From Nitrososphaerota archaeon (GTDB taxonomy: Archaea > Thermoproteota > EX4484-205 > JAAOZP01): a stretch of 64,000 nt of DNA. This document shows positions 37,176 to 46,890 of the stretch, in pieces. The first letter of the stretch is position 1. Each line of letters starts with the position of its first letter. The position numbers and the translations under genes are program-made. Below the pieces are notes generated by a model, which made no database searches, was not told where the DNA came from, and worked only from the letters and a program-made list of their open reading frames with translations. The stretch covers positions 160,001-224,000 of the forward strand of contig JAAOZP010000012.1 in assembly GCA_011605725.1 (NCBI GenBank). The letters run 5' to 3'.

Positions 37176-39251
37176 ATGAGGATCAGTATAAACCGTTACG
37201 GTTTCACGCTGAACAACAAGAAGATTGAATTTCTATCTGGAGAGTTCCATTATTGGCGGGTTAAAAGAGAGAATTGGGATAAAATAATGAATAGACTGAA
37301 AGAGGCTGGTTTAGAGATCATCTCAACCTATATTCCGTGGGATTTTCATAAAATCGGTGACGAGTATGATTTTGAAGGAAACACTGATCCTCAAAGAGCG
37401 TTAAACCACTTTATAGATCTCGTTGAGAGAAAGGACTTCCTAATGATTATTAGACCTGGGCCTTACATATACGCGGAATGGAAGTACGGCGGGGTTCCCG
37501 AGGAAGCCTTCAGGCACCATAGGTTCAGCGAAGAATTCAAGAGGCTCGCATCAAACTATATAAGGGCAGTATGTCAGGAATCCATAGTTCCAAACCAAGT
37601 CACAAAGGGGGGACCAATATTCGTTCTTCAAGTGGATAATGAGGTTGACCCTTGGGTGAGATATTATAGGGAGCAGTTGGGATTATGCAGGGGGAGGGGC
37701 CCGTTTAAGGACTTTCTTATTGAAAAGTATGGAGATATTAGTAAGCTGAATAATGCTTGGGCCTCTAACTATGATAGCTTTGAAGAAATAGAGGCTTTTG
37801 AAGAACACCCTTTAGCAAAGGGGAGCATGCAGCCTCACAGCATGATTAGGTATCTTGATTACAGGGCCTTTCTTGACTGGTGTGTTGAAAAAATAATATC
37901 TTGGGCTAGAGACGAGTATAGGAAGAATGGCGTAAACATCCCGATGTTGGTGAACACTTACGACGACCCGGTTTTTCACGACTTGATAAAGCTAGGTAGA
38001 GTCGTAGACCTACCCAGTATGGACATATACCTGAAGAAGCATTTACCTGAAAGCGAAATGTTGAAGCTTTCATATTGGGTTAAGGCTTACGCTGCCTACA
38101 CGGTTTTCCCAATAGCTACGGAATTTCAATCCGGAATCTGGACTGATGCTCTTTACACGACTGGACCGATTGACGGCACGCATGAGAAGCTTCTAGGATT
38201 TTTTGCAATGGCGTGGGGTCTGAAAGGATGGAACTGGTACATGGCTGTTGGGAGAGACAATTGGACTTGTGCACCGGTAAACGAGTGGGGATTAATAAAT
38301 CCTGATGTTTATGAAGCTATTCAGGGACTCTCGAAAACGTATAAACTTGTTAAGCCCTACGTCCTCGAAAGACTAACTTCTGTTTCACTTGTCCACTATA
38401 GGCCGGAGATGCTGTTGAGACATCCTTCTGATGTGCTCTCTGATAAATGGAACTGGGGACGGTGCTTCTCCAGCCTTCATAAGGCTGGGCTGGATTTCAC
38501 CTTCTACAATCCTGAAGCCGACCGTGAAAGGAGGCCATTTATGATTTATGCTGGAGACGGGTTGATGTGGGCAAAAGATGCGGAAAACCTCGTCAAATCA
38601 TGCTACGAAGGATGCCACGTCATGTTTTTCCGAAAAACACCACTTATGGATTTCGCCGGCGAAGAAGTTAAAGAATTCTCAAAGATACCCAGGCCGATTG
38701 GAAGCAGGTCGGAGCCAAGGGGTTCACCAATGACTCTAGAAATCTCTTTCAGAAACCTTAGGAAGGAGATAAGTACATCAGGCTTCGAGTTCTTTAACCA
38801 GCAATGGGATGAAGCCATAACAGTATCCGGTGTCCAAGTGAAATCACCCTACGTTGACATCGCGCCGACGTTAAAGGAACACGTAGTAGGATTAACGAGA
38901 AAACTTGGAGAAGGCAGGATGACGATAATCGGACTGGACCCAAGCCCTTGCTTGCTGGAATTCCTCATAGAGGCCTTCAACATCAAGCTACCGGCGAGAA
39001 CAACCTCATACATGTGTTATGCTTCGCTGCATAAGGATGTTGAAACAGAGTCAAGATACGTAGCTTTCGCAATAAATGCTGCGCCATATAGACAAATCGT
39101 TTCAATAAGCCTGAACTTGCCTGCCGGAAACTATAATTTTAGGGAGTTAAAATCAGGAAAAGAGGGGACTATAGAAGGAGGAGAAGTAGAGCTACGTCAG
39201 CCGATAGGCCCCGGGGATGCGGAGGTAATCGAATTCATTAGGAAAAAATGA
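37176..39251 (+). CDS. GH35 beta-galactosidase-like enzyme (archaeal GlmA-like architecture)
   Basis: SGEFHYWR, TYIPWDFH, IRPGPYIYAEW, QVDNE, TEFQSG, GWNWYM; TATA at 37141-37152 favours ATG 37176. Confidence 0.88.
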   Translation: MRISINRYGFTLNNKKIEFLSGEFHYWRVKRENWDKIMNRLKEAGLEIISTYIPWDFHKIGDEYDFEGNTDPQRALNHFIDLVERKDFLMIIRPGPYIYAEWKYGGVPEEAFRHHRFSEEFKRLASNYIRAVCQESIVPNQVTKGGPIFVLQVDNEVDPWVRYYREQLGLCRGRGPFKDFLIEKYGDISKLNNAWASNYDSFEEIEAFEEHPLAKGSMQPHSMIRYLDYRAFLDWCVEKIISWARDEYRKNGVNIPMLVNTYDDPVFHDLIKLGRVVDLPSMDIYLKKHLPESEMLKLSYWVKAYAAYTVFPIATEFQSGIWTDALYTTGPIDGTHEKLLGFFAMAWGLKGWNWYMAVGRDNWTCAPVNEWGLINPDVYEAIQGLSKTYKLVKPYVLERLTSVSLVHYRPEMLLRHPSDVLSDKWNWGRCFSSLHKAGLDFTFYNPEADRERRPFMIYAGDGLMWAKDAENLVKSCYEGCHVMFFRKTPLMDFAGEEVKEFSKIPRPIGSRSEPRGSPMTLEISFRNLRKEISTSGFEFFNQQWDEAITVSGVQVKSPYVDIAPTLKEHVVGLTRKLGEGRMTIIGLDPSPCLLEFLIEAFNIKLPARTTSYMCYASLHKDVETESRYVAFAINAAPYRQIVSISLNLPAGNYNFRELKSGKEGTIEGGEVELRQPIGPGDAEVIEFIRKK

Positions 39252-39388
39252 TTCTAGTTTCGCAACTATCCGAGTGTTGGAAAAGAATTCATGCTAGCCG
39301 GGATGTTTCAACATAGAAAAACATGTTGCCAAGTAGATTAGCGCCTAGTCAAGCCTGCTAGTTCCTTTCTTGAACCTGAGCCTTTGAA

Positions 39389-39922
39389 TCAAGTAACCAG
39401 CAGCAGCCCAAAGTATCTGGGCTTTTCTCTACGGGTTTTCACCACATCTATTTTGAAACCTGCTCCCCTCGCTGTCGCATAGACGTCTATTCCGCAAGCC
39501 TCCATCGATGGCCTTGCAAGCTCCGGATGAACACAATTCTTCAAGTTGCACTCCTTGCAAAGGGGGCAGGGTCCCGATGTAAGCCCGAACGCAGAGTAAT
39601 ACCCTGAGAGAAATGCCTCCCGCTCAAGACTTGCAACCACTCTATGCACTTTTTCCCATCCCGGCTCGAAGCGCAGCAATATGGCAGAGTTGTAACCGCT
39701 TAGGACACGCCTCATCTGCTCCGGAGTTGGCGAGTAAGGAGGACACGTAAGGCGTTTACCATACCCGTCACAACCATACTGGCATTTAAGCCTAACCCAG
39801 TCCCTTACCACCACGTCGCCAGCTTTAATTACCTTTGCCTCAGCCGCCCCGAGCCTTATCGCTATTTCGCAGAGCTCTTCCAGACTTTTAGATACAGCCA
39901 TAAAATTAAGTTTACCTGACAA
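39389..39922 (-). CDS. DUF2284-type Cys-rich metal-binding protein
   Basis: LKCQYGCDGYGKRLTCPPYSP, GPCPLCKEC, ARPSMEACGIDV. Confidence 0.85.
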   Translation of the reverse strand: MSGKLNFMAVSKSLEELCEIAIRLGAAEAKVIKAGDVVVRDWVRLKCQYGCDGYGKRLTCPPYSPTPEQMRRVLSGYNSAILLRFEPGWEKVHRVVASLEREAFLSGYYSAFGLTSGPCPLCKECNLKNCVHPELARPSMEACGIDVYATARGAGFKIDVVKTRREKPRYFGLLLVT

Positions 39923-39955
39923 TACCTATATGTCTTTCCATGCGGCAAGGATGTG

Positions 39956-40792
39956 CTATAGCCTACTCTTCCTCAATGCGGTAAGAACCTCATTAATAAA
40001 TGCCTCTCTATCATCGAGTATGAAGGAACTTATGAGCCTACCGTTTACAATTACACCTTCAGAGATGCCACGTTTCTCAGCCTCGGTAGGCTCCTCCGAA
40101 CTGTTTATCCACCTGATGTGCACGCCCTGTACAGCCTTCCCTACCTCTTGCTCGGACTTCTTTAAGAATAAATAGGACCATGGGCAGAAGGAAGGGCTAT
40201 AGATTATCACCACCTTGCCCTTGTCATCCTCCTGTGGCACGTAGTTTGGTCTTCTTCGCTCAACGGGCCTGTAGACGAAGCCATGCTTAAGAGGATAGTA
40301 TAACAGGCTGGGGTCCTCCTCCACTTGCTTGAAACCCATGTCTACAAAGAAGTTTCTAGCTGGATACTGGCCGGGCTTCTCCCCTGGAAAAGGCTTAGTC
40401 ACGAGTGCTGACGGAGGTTTACCGCCGAACCAGCTTTTAGGACTCCTCATATCTTCAATGAGACTGGTCAAGAGCCGTCTTCCAATACCCTTCCTCCAAT
40501 GCTCCCTGCATGGGACAAATATGCAAATGATGCGAACAACCATCTCGTCAGGAACAGGAGTATATTGGATCAGCCCTGCGGGAGATTCTCCCACATACGC
40601 GATCTTGGCAACCGAACCCCAACGCTTAAGCATGTCTCCCGCCCAAATTTTCTTCAGCTCAACCCCCCTCACGAAGACAGGGTCACTCTTCCTCTCGAGT
40701 GGCACGCATAACTTGCAAAGATCATCAAGATTATTCTCAGACGCTTCAACAACTATTATGCTCTCGCCCACAGAATATTTGCCTTCACTCAT
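39956..40792 (-). CDS. GNAT acetyltransferase with C-terminal thioredoxin-like (YoaP-like) domain
   Basis: GLIQYTP, WRKGIGRRLL acetyl-CoA motif, SPSFCPW. Confidence 0.8.
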   Translation of the reverse strand: MSEGKYSVGESIIVVEASENNLDDLCKLCVPLERKSDPVFVRGVELKKIWAGDMLKRWGSVAKIAYVGESPAGLIQYTPVPDEMVVRIICIFVPCREHWRKGIGRRLLTSLIEDMRSPKSWFGGKPPSALVTKPFPGEKPGQYPARNFFVDMGFKQVEEDPSLLYYPLKHGFVYRPVERRRPNYVPQEDDKGKVVIIYSPSFCPWSYLFLKKSEQEVGKAVQGVHIRWINSSEEPTEAEKRGISEGVIVNGRLISSFILDDREAFINEVLTALRKSRL

Positions 40793-40852
40793 TATTTAAG
40801 ATTTACTGCTAGAATTTTATTTCAATATGTTAATAGCACATTAAAAAGCACT

Positions 40853-43747
40853 TCACCAGGTGGCTTTAATGCACGCTTTTAAGCCAGCCGGTATTTCAAC
40901 CCTCCAGCGTCCCTTTTCAAACGAGGCCTCTAAGGATCCTTGGCTAGCCTTAATGCTTACTTCTGCTGTCGGAGGCACGAATGAGGGCATTACTGCTTCT
41001 CCATTGAGGCCACTGGGTAAGTCCACCCAAAGCGTGAAACTTTTTTCAGCTCGCCTCCATCTGACATTTACCGTACCCTTGGGTGTCGGAAAACATCCAT
41101 GCGCCCAAACCAGGTCAACGGGCTCAGGCGCTATAATCACGCCACTCGTAATAACGTCTTTTGGTCTAACGCCGAGCACAAAGCTGGTTAGGAAAAACGC
41201 CGGCATGGCGCTCCAAGCGTGACAGTGGCTCCTGGTTTTTGGCGATAAAATCTCCCAAGTGGTTGTTGCACCATAATCCAGCATAGCACCCCATTCCCGC
41301 CTTATTAAATCCAATGCTTTTCCAGCCTCGCCGTCCCTAACACATGCTTCAATAAGAAAGGCTAGTGCAAACGGGCTTCCAAACTTGACAAAGTCGTCTG
41401 GCCAATCGTAGATATACTTGCGCACAATGTTTTTCCTGTCATCCTCAGCCACGTCGCAAAGATAAATCATCGTGTGGGTCTGCAGGCTGAAAACCCTGCT
41501 CCTCGTACCGTCATGATGAACCGCGTCAACGTAAGCTTTCCTCTGCTCATCCCAGAGATACTTGTTGATTGCCTGTTTAACCCTTTCAGCGAGCATTTCA
41601 AACTCTTTAGCGTCATCCTCCTTGCCTATTTTTCTCGCGATAGTTGCTGAACGCCTATATGCTTCTACAAGCATCGCGTTTTGATGTGTCACTACACCTC
41701 TACTGGGAGTATCCATCGGAGCCCAGTCAAGCATGTTCCAAGCCTCGATCTCCATCAGACCATCGTAACGGATAAACTTCTCAGCAATATTGCGCATCTG
41801 TTTTAAAACAAAAGGATAAACTTCTTTCAAAAAAGCCTCATCCCCAGTGTATCGATAGTATTCTTCACATGTCCAAACCCAGAGCAAAGCCCATGCAGTC
41901 AAAACATTCTGCCATCCACTGGGTACCTGGCTCTCAACCAACGGGGAACGGAAAAGAGATTCCCCGGCTAGAAGCCAGCATCTTCTCGCCAGGGCATAAC
42001 AACCATAAGTAGCGTAAGTAATTAGAGCCTCGTGTCGAGCATCACCCACCCAGAAGGTTTGTTCGTAGGCTGGGCAGTCTACATACGTGTCCTCGCTGCA
42101 GAGACGCAAAGTATACTTGCACATTCTCCAAATATTGTTAAGCCTCCAATCGTTGCAAAGGAATTCTCCAACCTCTTCGAAAGGATAAGTGTTTAAAAGA
42201 CATCTTACAAACTTGATGCACACAGGCATCTTCCCACCCTCAGGGAACCTGATTGTTAGAATCAAGTATCGGAACCCTCGGCGAACAACGCTCGTGTAGC
42301 TTTGCCACCCTTCTTTAGTAGTGTAACGCAGCACATTGTTAAGGCCGAAAGTATGCTGTATGTCGAAACAATAATCCTCTCTAGGATGTATCGCTTCAAA
42401 CCCGTAGAAATCAAGCTTAACGCCCCTTGGAGCCTCGATTTCAAAATCTATGAAGCCGGCTAGCTCACGGCCGAAATCTATTAAAAGCTCAGCATCGCCA
42501 TTCTCAGGAGGCCATATGATTGCAGCCTCATCGTTCGCGGAACAAAGATTTCCAATGCCTTCAGAGAAAAGATTCTCCTTAACTTCCTTTGCGAAAACGA
42601 TTCTTGCAAAAACATGGTCTGATGCGAAATACTCTGGCGCGACGGGTTGAACTAAAGCTGTTTTAAGAACGTCTTCAACCGTTCTCGCATCCCAAATAAT
42701 CCTGAAACAGTCCTCATCACGCGACTGAAACGGTCCTGCTATTGCCCACGAGGTACCAGCATTACCCAACGGGTTTTCAAACTCCAGGTTTTCACCTTCC
42801 CATACTGTTGTAAACCACCAGTCGTGATAACGCCCAGTAACATCGAACACAACCAGGTTCTCACCTTTCCTAAGCTTGAGCAGCACCGTGTTACCGTCTA
42901 CCGACATGTCCATACCGTTAACCCTGACACGCCGCGCACCCAGACCAATCCCATTCACACCAGTAACCTTTACTTCTTTAGCTTCAGAAGTTTTCACAAC
43001 TACGATGGCTAATCCAATTATTTCCTGAGGATTTGACAACCGGTCTCCAGGAACGAGGCTTGGACGCAAGTCAAAACTATACACTATGCTGGGAGGAGAA
43101 ACCACGCGTGTGCGCAATACCCGCACGGGATATACTGGTTCATTAGTGAGAAAAGGTATTGGTCTTTTAAACAGGTTAACCCACGGCTTCACCGAAACCT
43201 CGGTAAGCTCGACTGCATTCTGCCAATTGCTGTCGTCGAAGTCAGGATGCTTCCACTCCGGATCTGCTGACGAGTCATAATGTTCAACGAAACCCTGTTG
43301 GCACGATATGCGTGGGGTATGCTGGTCGTATGCTGCGCTAATGCAAACTTTCCAGTTTCGATCTGTCGCGAGAATAATCTCCCTTCCACTCTTAGTCTTC
43401 ATGCTTAACTGTGCAAGTAAGCCGCCGCGTCCCAGTGGATACTGGAAATTGGTTTCACCAGGTTGCCATACGATTATGGAAACAGTATTTACTAGACCAG
43501 CATTTAAATACGGCTTAACATCATACACGTCGTAAAACCATGAATGCTGCCATCCTCTTATAGGACCATTACCAATTCTTTTGCCGTTTATGAAAAGAAC
43601 GTAGCGTGCGTCAGCAGTTATTTTGAGTTCCGCCGCCTCAACATCTAACGGCACTTCAAAGCTCTTACGCGCATAGACGTAAAGGTTTCGCGATGCATCC
43701 TTATTGTTATTCACCCAGATCCATTTTGCTTTCCATTCTTCCGTCAT
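40853..43747 (-). CDS. GH78 alpha-L-rhamnosidase
   Basis: WKAKWIW, ITADARY, IDFGRE, RRGFRY, VDCPAYEQTFWVGD, GATTTWE, SHCHAWS. Confidence 0.92.
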   Translation of the reverse strand: MTEEWKAKWIWVNNNKDASRNLYVYARKSFEVPLDVEAAELKITADARYVLFINGKRIGNGPIRGWQHSWFYDVYDVKPYLNAGLVNTVSIIVWQPGETNFQYPLGRGGLLAQLSMKTKSGREIILATDRNWKVCISAAYDQHTPRISCQQGFVEHYDSSADPEWKHPDFDDSNWQNAVELTEVSVKPWVNLFKRPIPFLTNEPVYPVRVLRTRVVSPPSIVYSFDLRPSLVPGDRLSNPQEIIGLAIVVVKTSEAKEVKVTGVNGIGLGARRVRVNGMDMSVDGNTVLLKLRKGENLVVFDVTGRYHDWWFTTVWEGENLEFENPLGNAGTSWAIAGPFQSRDEDCFRIIWDARTVEDVLKTALVQPVAPEYFASDHVFARIVFAKEVKENLFSEGIGNLCSANDEAAIIWPPENGDAELLIDFGRELAGFIDFEIEAPRGVKLDFYGFEAIHPREDYCFDIQHTFGLNNVLRYTTKEGWQSYTSVVRRGFRYLILTIRFPEGGKMPVCIKFVRCLLNTYPFEEVGEFLCNDWRLNNIWRMCKYTLRLCSEDTYVDCPAYEQTFWVGDARHEALITYATYGCYALARRCWLLAGESLFRSPLVESQVPSGWQNVLTAWALLWVWTCEEYYRYTGDEAFLKEVYPFVLKQMRNIAEKFIRYDGLMEIEAWNMLDWAPMDTPSRGVVTHQNAMLVEAYRRSATIARKIGKEDDAKEFEMLAERVKQAINKYLWDEQRKAYVDAVHHDGTRSRVFSLQTHTMIYLCDVAEDDRKNIVRKYIYDWPDDFVKFGSPFALAFLIEACVRDGEAGKALDLIRREWGAMLDYGATTTWEILSPKTRSHCHAWSAMPAFFLTSFVLGVRPKDVITSGVIIAPEPVDLVWAHGCFPTPKGTVNVRWRRAEKSFTLWVDLPSGLNGEAVMPSFVPPTAEVSIKASQGSLEASFEKGRWRVEIPAGLKACIKATW

Positions 43748-43807
43748 ATTGTGTAAGATTAGGCCGTAATATAAAAATTTAACTATATTAAATAGCGGAC
43801 AGTTCAG

Positions 43808-44983
43808 CTAAGAATCGTAAATCACGCTGGTCTTATAGACATCTGGACCGAAGATCTTGTAGACCACGAGGTCCTCTTTCCCAGTGTTAACTATTTTATG
43901 GGGCTGCGTTGCAGCATCAGCAGATACGAAGACCTCGTCCAAGCCTGGGTTTTGACCTTGAACCGAGATGTTTCCAATCCTGCCCTCCCCCCTCCAAACA
44001 AAGGCGAGGTAAGCATTTTTTTCAACACTTTCAACAGTTTCTCCAGGGAAGATTTTGGTCTCCTTTCCGCAGAATTTTCTCGTTCTGTCAGGAGGAAACA
44101 CCCAGCGTTCAACACCCTTGCCCTCAAACTCGGAAGCCTCAACCTTCGTCGGAACAACATGATACTTCCTGTAGAAAAACGGGTCTCGCGACCTCTTCCA
44201 GTCGATCAGCTTAGCAACAGCCTCTTCATCAGGAAGGCCTCGCAACATGTCTTCCCTTGGAATCCTCCTTCCCCCACATACTGCTTGAAGAATATTGTAA
44301 ACATCAGACTCCTCTTGAATCTCTAGTGTTAAAGCTGTCCCGGGAGCATGAGGAACCCCGGCGAAAACGTAGAAACCCTCCCCAGTATTCAACCTGTAGG
44401 CTGGGGAAAGATCCAGAACCCTATCGTCGTCCCACTTTTTCAACAGCGGGATCAAGTCTTCCTCTCCAACGTGTGGGTGAACAGCTATGTGAGAATAGGG
44501 GAATGGCCCCTTTTCCACTGTTTCTAGGAAGTAATAAGCCTCGTCTTTCCCATTCATGTTCCAGTATTTTTTCGCATCCTCCTCTCTTGCATGCACATGC
44601 CACGGTATGGGGGATCCGATGTCAAGAACCTTAGTTAAAACCCCGAACCGGTTGCCGTGTTCCACCGCATACTTGTCGCCGAGAAGCTCGCCGGGGAGAA
44701 TTTTAAACGCATCCCTAAGAGAAAGCTTTGCATGCTTCTGAGTGAAGGATATGAAGCTTAAACCTTCGTTTTCAACCTTAACTGGGTTAACGGCTTCAAC
44801 CGATGACGCTAGCCATCTTTCACAAATCCAGCCTCTTGAGGCGCCAGCATAATAGTCTCTCAGCCCGAGTCTTCCCATTCCCGGATACAGGGTTCTAGCC
44901 ACGAAGGAGGGAGCTAGTCTCAAAACCCCGCCTGTTGCACTAAGCTCCTCTCTGAGAAGTTTTTCCTCGTCTTTAAAGCACAT
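43808..44983 (-). CDS. Cupin-fold sugar-phosphate isomerase (type I phosphomannose isomerase-like)
   Basis: ERWLAS, TKVLD..IPWHVH, GKDEAYYF, GVPHAPG..LEIQEESD. Confidence 0.75.
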   Translation of the reverse strand: MCFKDEEKLLREELSATGGVLRLAPSFVARTLYPGMGRLGLRDYYAGASRGWICERWLASSVEAVNPVKVENEGLSFISFTQKHAKLSLRDAFKILPGELLGDKYAVEHGNRFGVLTKVLDIGSPIPWHVHAREEDAKKYWNMNGKDEAYYFLETVEKGPFPYSHIAVHPHVGEEDLIPLLKKWDDDRVLDLSPAYRLNTGEGFYVFAGVPHAPGTALTLEIQEESDVYNILQAVCGGRRIPREDMLRGLPDEEAVAKLIDWKRSRDPFFYRKYHVVPTKVEASEFEGKGVERWVFPPDRTRKFCGKETKIFPGETVESVEKNAYLAFVWRGEGRIGNISVQGQNPGLDEVFVSADAATQPHKIVNTGKEDLVVYKIFGPDVYKTSVIYDS

Positions 44984-45022
44984 TTTTCACCTCAAACTGT
45001 TAAGGTGGCGCTTTAAAAGTTT

Positions 45023-45853
45023 TCACGTGTTGAGGCCGAGAAGCCTCATTAATTCCTCGGCTCTTGTGAAATCAGGTATTATCGCGTCGGCCCCAGCATC
45101 CATAAGCCGTTTCCTCTTTCTCGGGTTTAACCCTATTCTTCTAACTTCATCCGAGGCGACACCAATGGCTATTGAGCCCCTGGCTTTAGCGCTTCTAATT
45201 TCAACAGGACCGTCTCCAACCACCAGCAGCTCCCTACCATGCAGATTGTTTTCGCTTAAAATCCTCTCAATAATCCTCTCCTTAGAGTTTGCCTCAGTGT
45301 AGTCAAGCGCACCGTATATCCCGCCCCTAAAGTATTCCGTGATTTTGAGAGCAGTGGCCTCTCTTAAAACATACTCATGATCAGTACCGCTTGCCAAATA
45401 CATTACCACGCCCTTTTCATAGAGCTCCTGCAAGAAGCTCCTGGATCCACATATCATCAGGTCGTCTGGGTTTAATTCCCCATTAAACAGTTTTCTAAGC
45501 CTCTCCTCCACGAGCAGCAACATCCGCTGATTATATATTCTCTTATACTCGTAAGCATCCTTAGGGTTTTTCGAGATCCCGTACCTACGAACAGCCTCAG
45601 CAAGCCACTCCATCTGCCTTATGGTTAACATCCCGGTTGAATAGTCGACGTATTCTCTAACCTCTCTCTCTATCTCCGGGGTTGGAGGATTACCGTTGCA
45701 AATCATTTCTATCATGAGTGGAATCATCACATCCTCCCACCCCTGCCTTATCACCGATATTGTTCCGTCGAAATCTATTAACGCATACTTTATGCGTCCC
45801 ACCATAGAATTGAAATCCTGATTGAGAATCTCAAACCATTGGCTCACGGCCAT
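45023..45853 (-). CDS. HAD-superfamily phosphatase
   Basis: DFDGT, LASGT, K, VGDGPVE motifs. Confidence 0.88.
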   Translation of the reverse strand: MAVSQWFEILNQDFNSMVGRIKYALIDFDGTISVIRQGWEDVMIPLMIEMICNGNPPTPEIEREVREYVDYSTGMLTIRQMEWLAEAVRRYGISKNPKDAYEYKRIYNQRMLLLVEERLRKLFNGELNPDDLMICGSRSFLQELYEKGVVMYLASGTDHEYVLREATALKITEYFRGGIYGALDYTEANSKERIIERILSENNLHGRELLVVGDGPVEIRSAKARGSIAIGVASDEVRRIGLNPRKRKRLMDAGADAIIPDFTRAEELMRLLGLNT

Positions 45854-46890
45854 TCCCCTCCTTTTGAAACCTCATCGAATTTAGCCAATATTTCTCCAGG
45901 GGAAGCTGTTCCAGTAGTGTTTAGCTTTTTAAGAATAACTCCGGCAGCTAGGCTTGCAACTATGCCTGCTTCAACAGGGTCAGCTCCCCCCGCTAAGCCT
46001 GCACCCACTGCAGAGATGAAAGTGTCGCCAGCTCCCACAGGGTCTATTGGCGGCTCTGTTGGCGCAGCTGGAACATGATGGGAGCCGGAGCCTGTAACAA
46101 TTAAGCACCCCTTCTCACTTAACGTTATGTATACTGGTCGCTTCGCCTTCTCCTGCAGCTCTCTTCCTATATGTAGAAGCTCATCCATATCTACTTCAAG
46201 AGGGTTTCTAGATGGTCGTATTGCCCTCACAGCCTCCATCCGATTTGGCTTTAAAACCATGTTTCTGAAAAAACCTATACGCTCCCTCGAGTCAGCTATG
46301 AAAACCCTGTCAGGATTTTTCTCAGCAAGCTGAATCAGGCCGCTCCTAACATTTTCCGTAACCACACCGTTCAGAGACATCTGATCCTCTATTATCACTA
46401 AATCCACTTTTTCAACCGCCTCCTTAACATTTTCAATAATTTTTTCCTCCAAGCTACTGCTTAACGGACTGTAGTTTATAAAGTCAAGCCGGGAATCCTC
46501 CTGTTGAGAATCCCATCCGCACAGTATCGGCTTAACATAGGTCGGCGTAACTCTTTCGGGAGACATTATTAAGAAGTCCAGCCTAACCCCGTTTTCCCTC
46601 AACTTCTCGTTCAAGAGTCTTCCACGCCAGTCGTCTCCAATAACGGTCACCGCAAAAACATCTTCTAAACCTAAAGCCTTAACGTTGCAACATATGTTTC
46701 CTGAGGCACCTGGGGAATACGTTTCCCTGACGACTGGACGTGTATAACGTGGTGTTTCCCTAGAGAGTTCTGAACGCGTCATGTCAGCATACCAATAAAC
46801 GTCTAGAGCATAGTCTCCAATCACCATGCCCTTCAATTTTTTAAAGGAATCCAGTATTTCAACCAGCCTAGAGCGTTTCAGCCCTTCCAT
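45844..46890 (-). CDS. PfkB kinase of the RfaE/HldA (heptose-7-phosphate kinase)-like subgroup
   Basis: IGDYALDVYW..SRETP..PVVRE..PGASGN, LKPNRME, ITLSEKG, DPVGAGDT. Confidence 0.85.
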   Translation of the reverse strand: MEGLKRSRLVEILDSFKKLKGMVIGDYALDVYWYADMTRSELSRETPRYTRPVVRETYSPGASGNICCNVKALGLEDVFAVTVIGDDWRGRLLNEKLRENGVRLDFLIMSPERVTPTYVKPILCGWDSQQEDSRLDFINYSPLSSSLEEKIIENVKEAVEKVDLVIIEDQMSLNGVVTENVRSGLIQLAEKNPDRVFIADSRERIGFFRNMVLKPNRMEAVRAIRPSRNPLEVDMDELLHIGRELQEKAKRPVYITLSEKGCLIVTGSGSHHVPAAPTEPPIDPVGAGDTFISAVGAGLAGGADPVEAGIVASLAAGVILKKLNTTGTASPGEILAKFDEVSKGGEWP

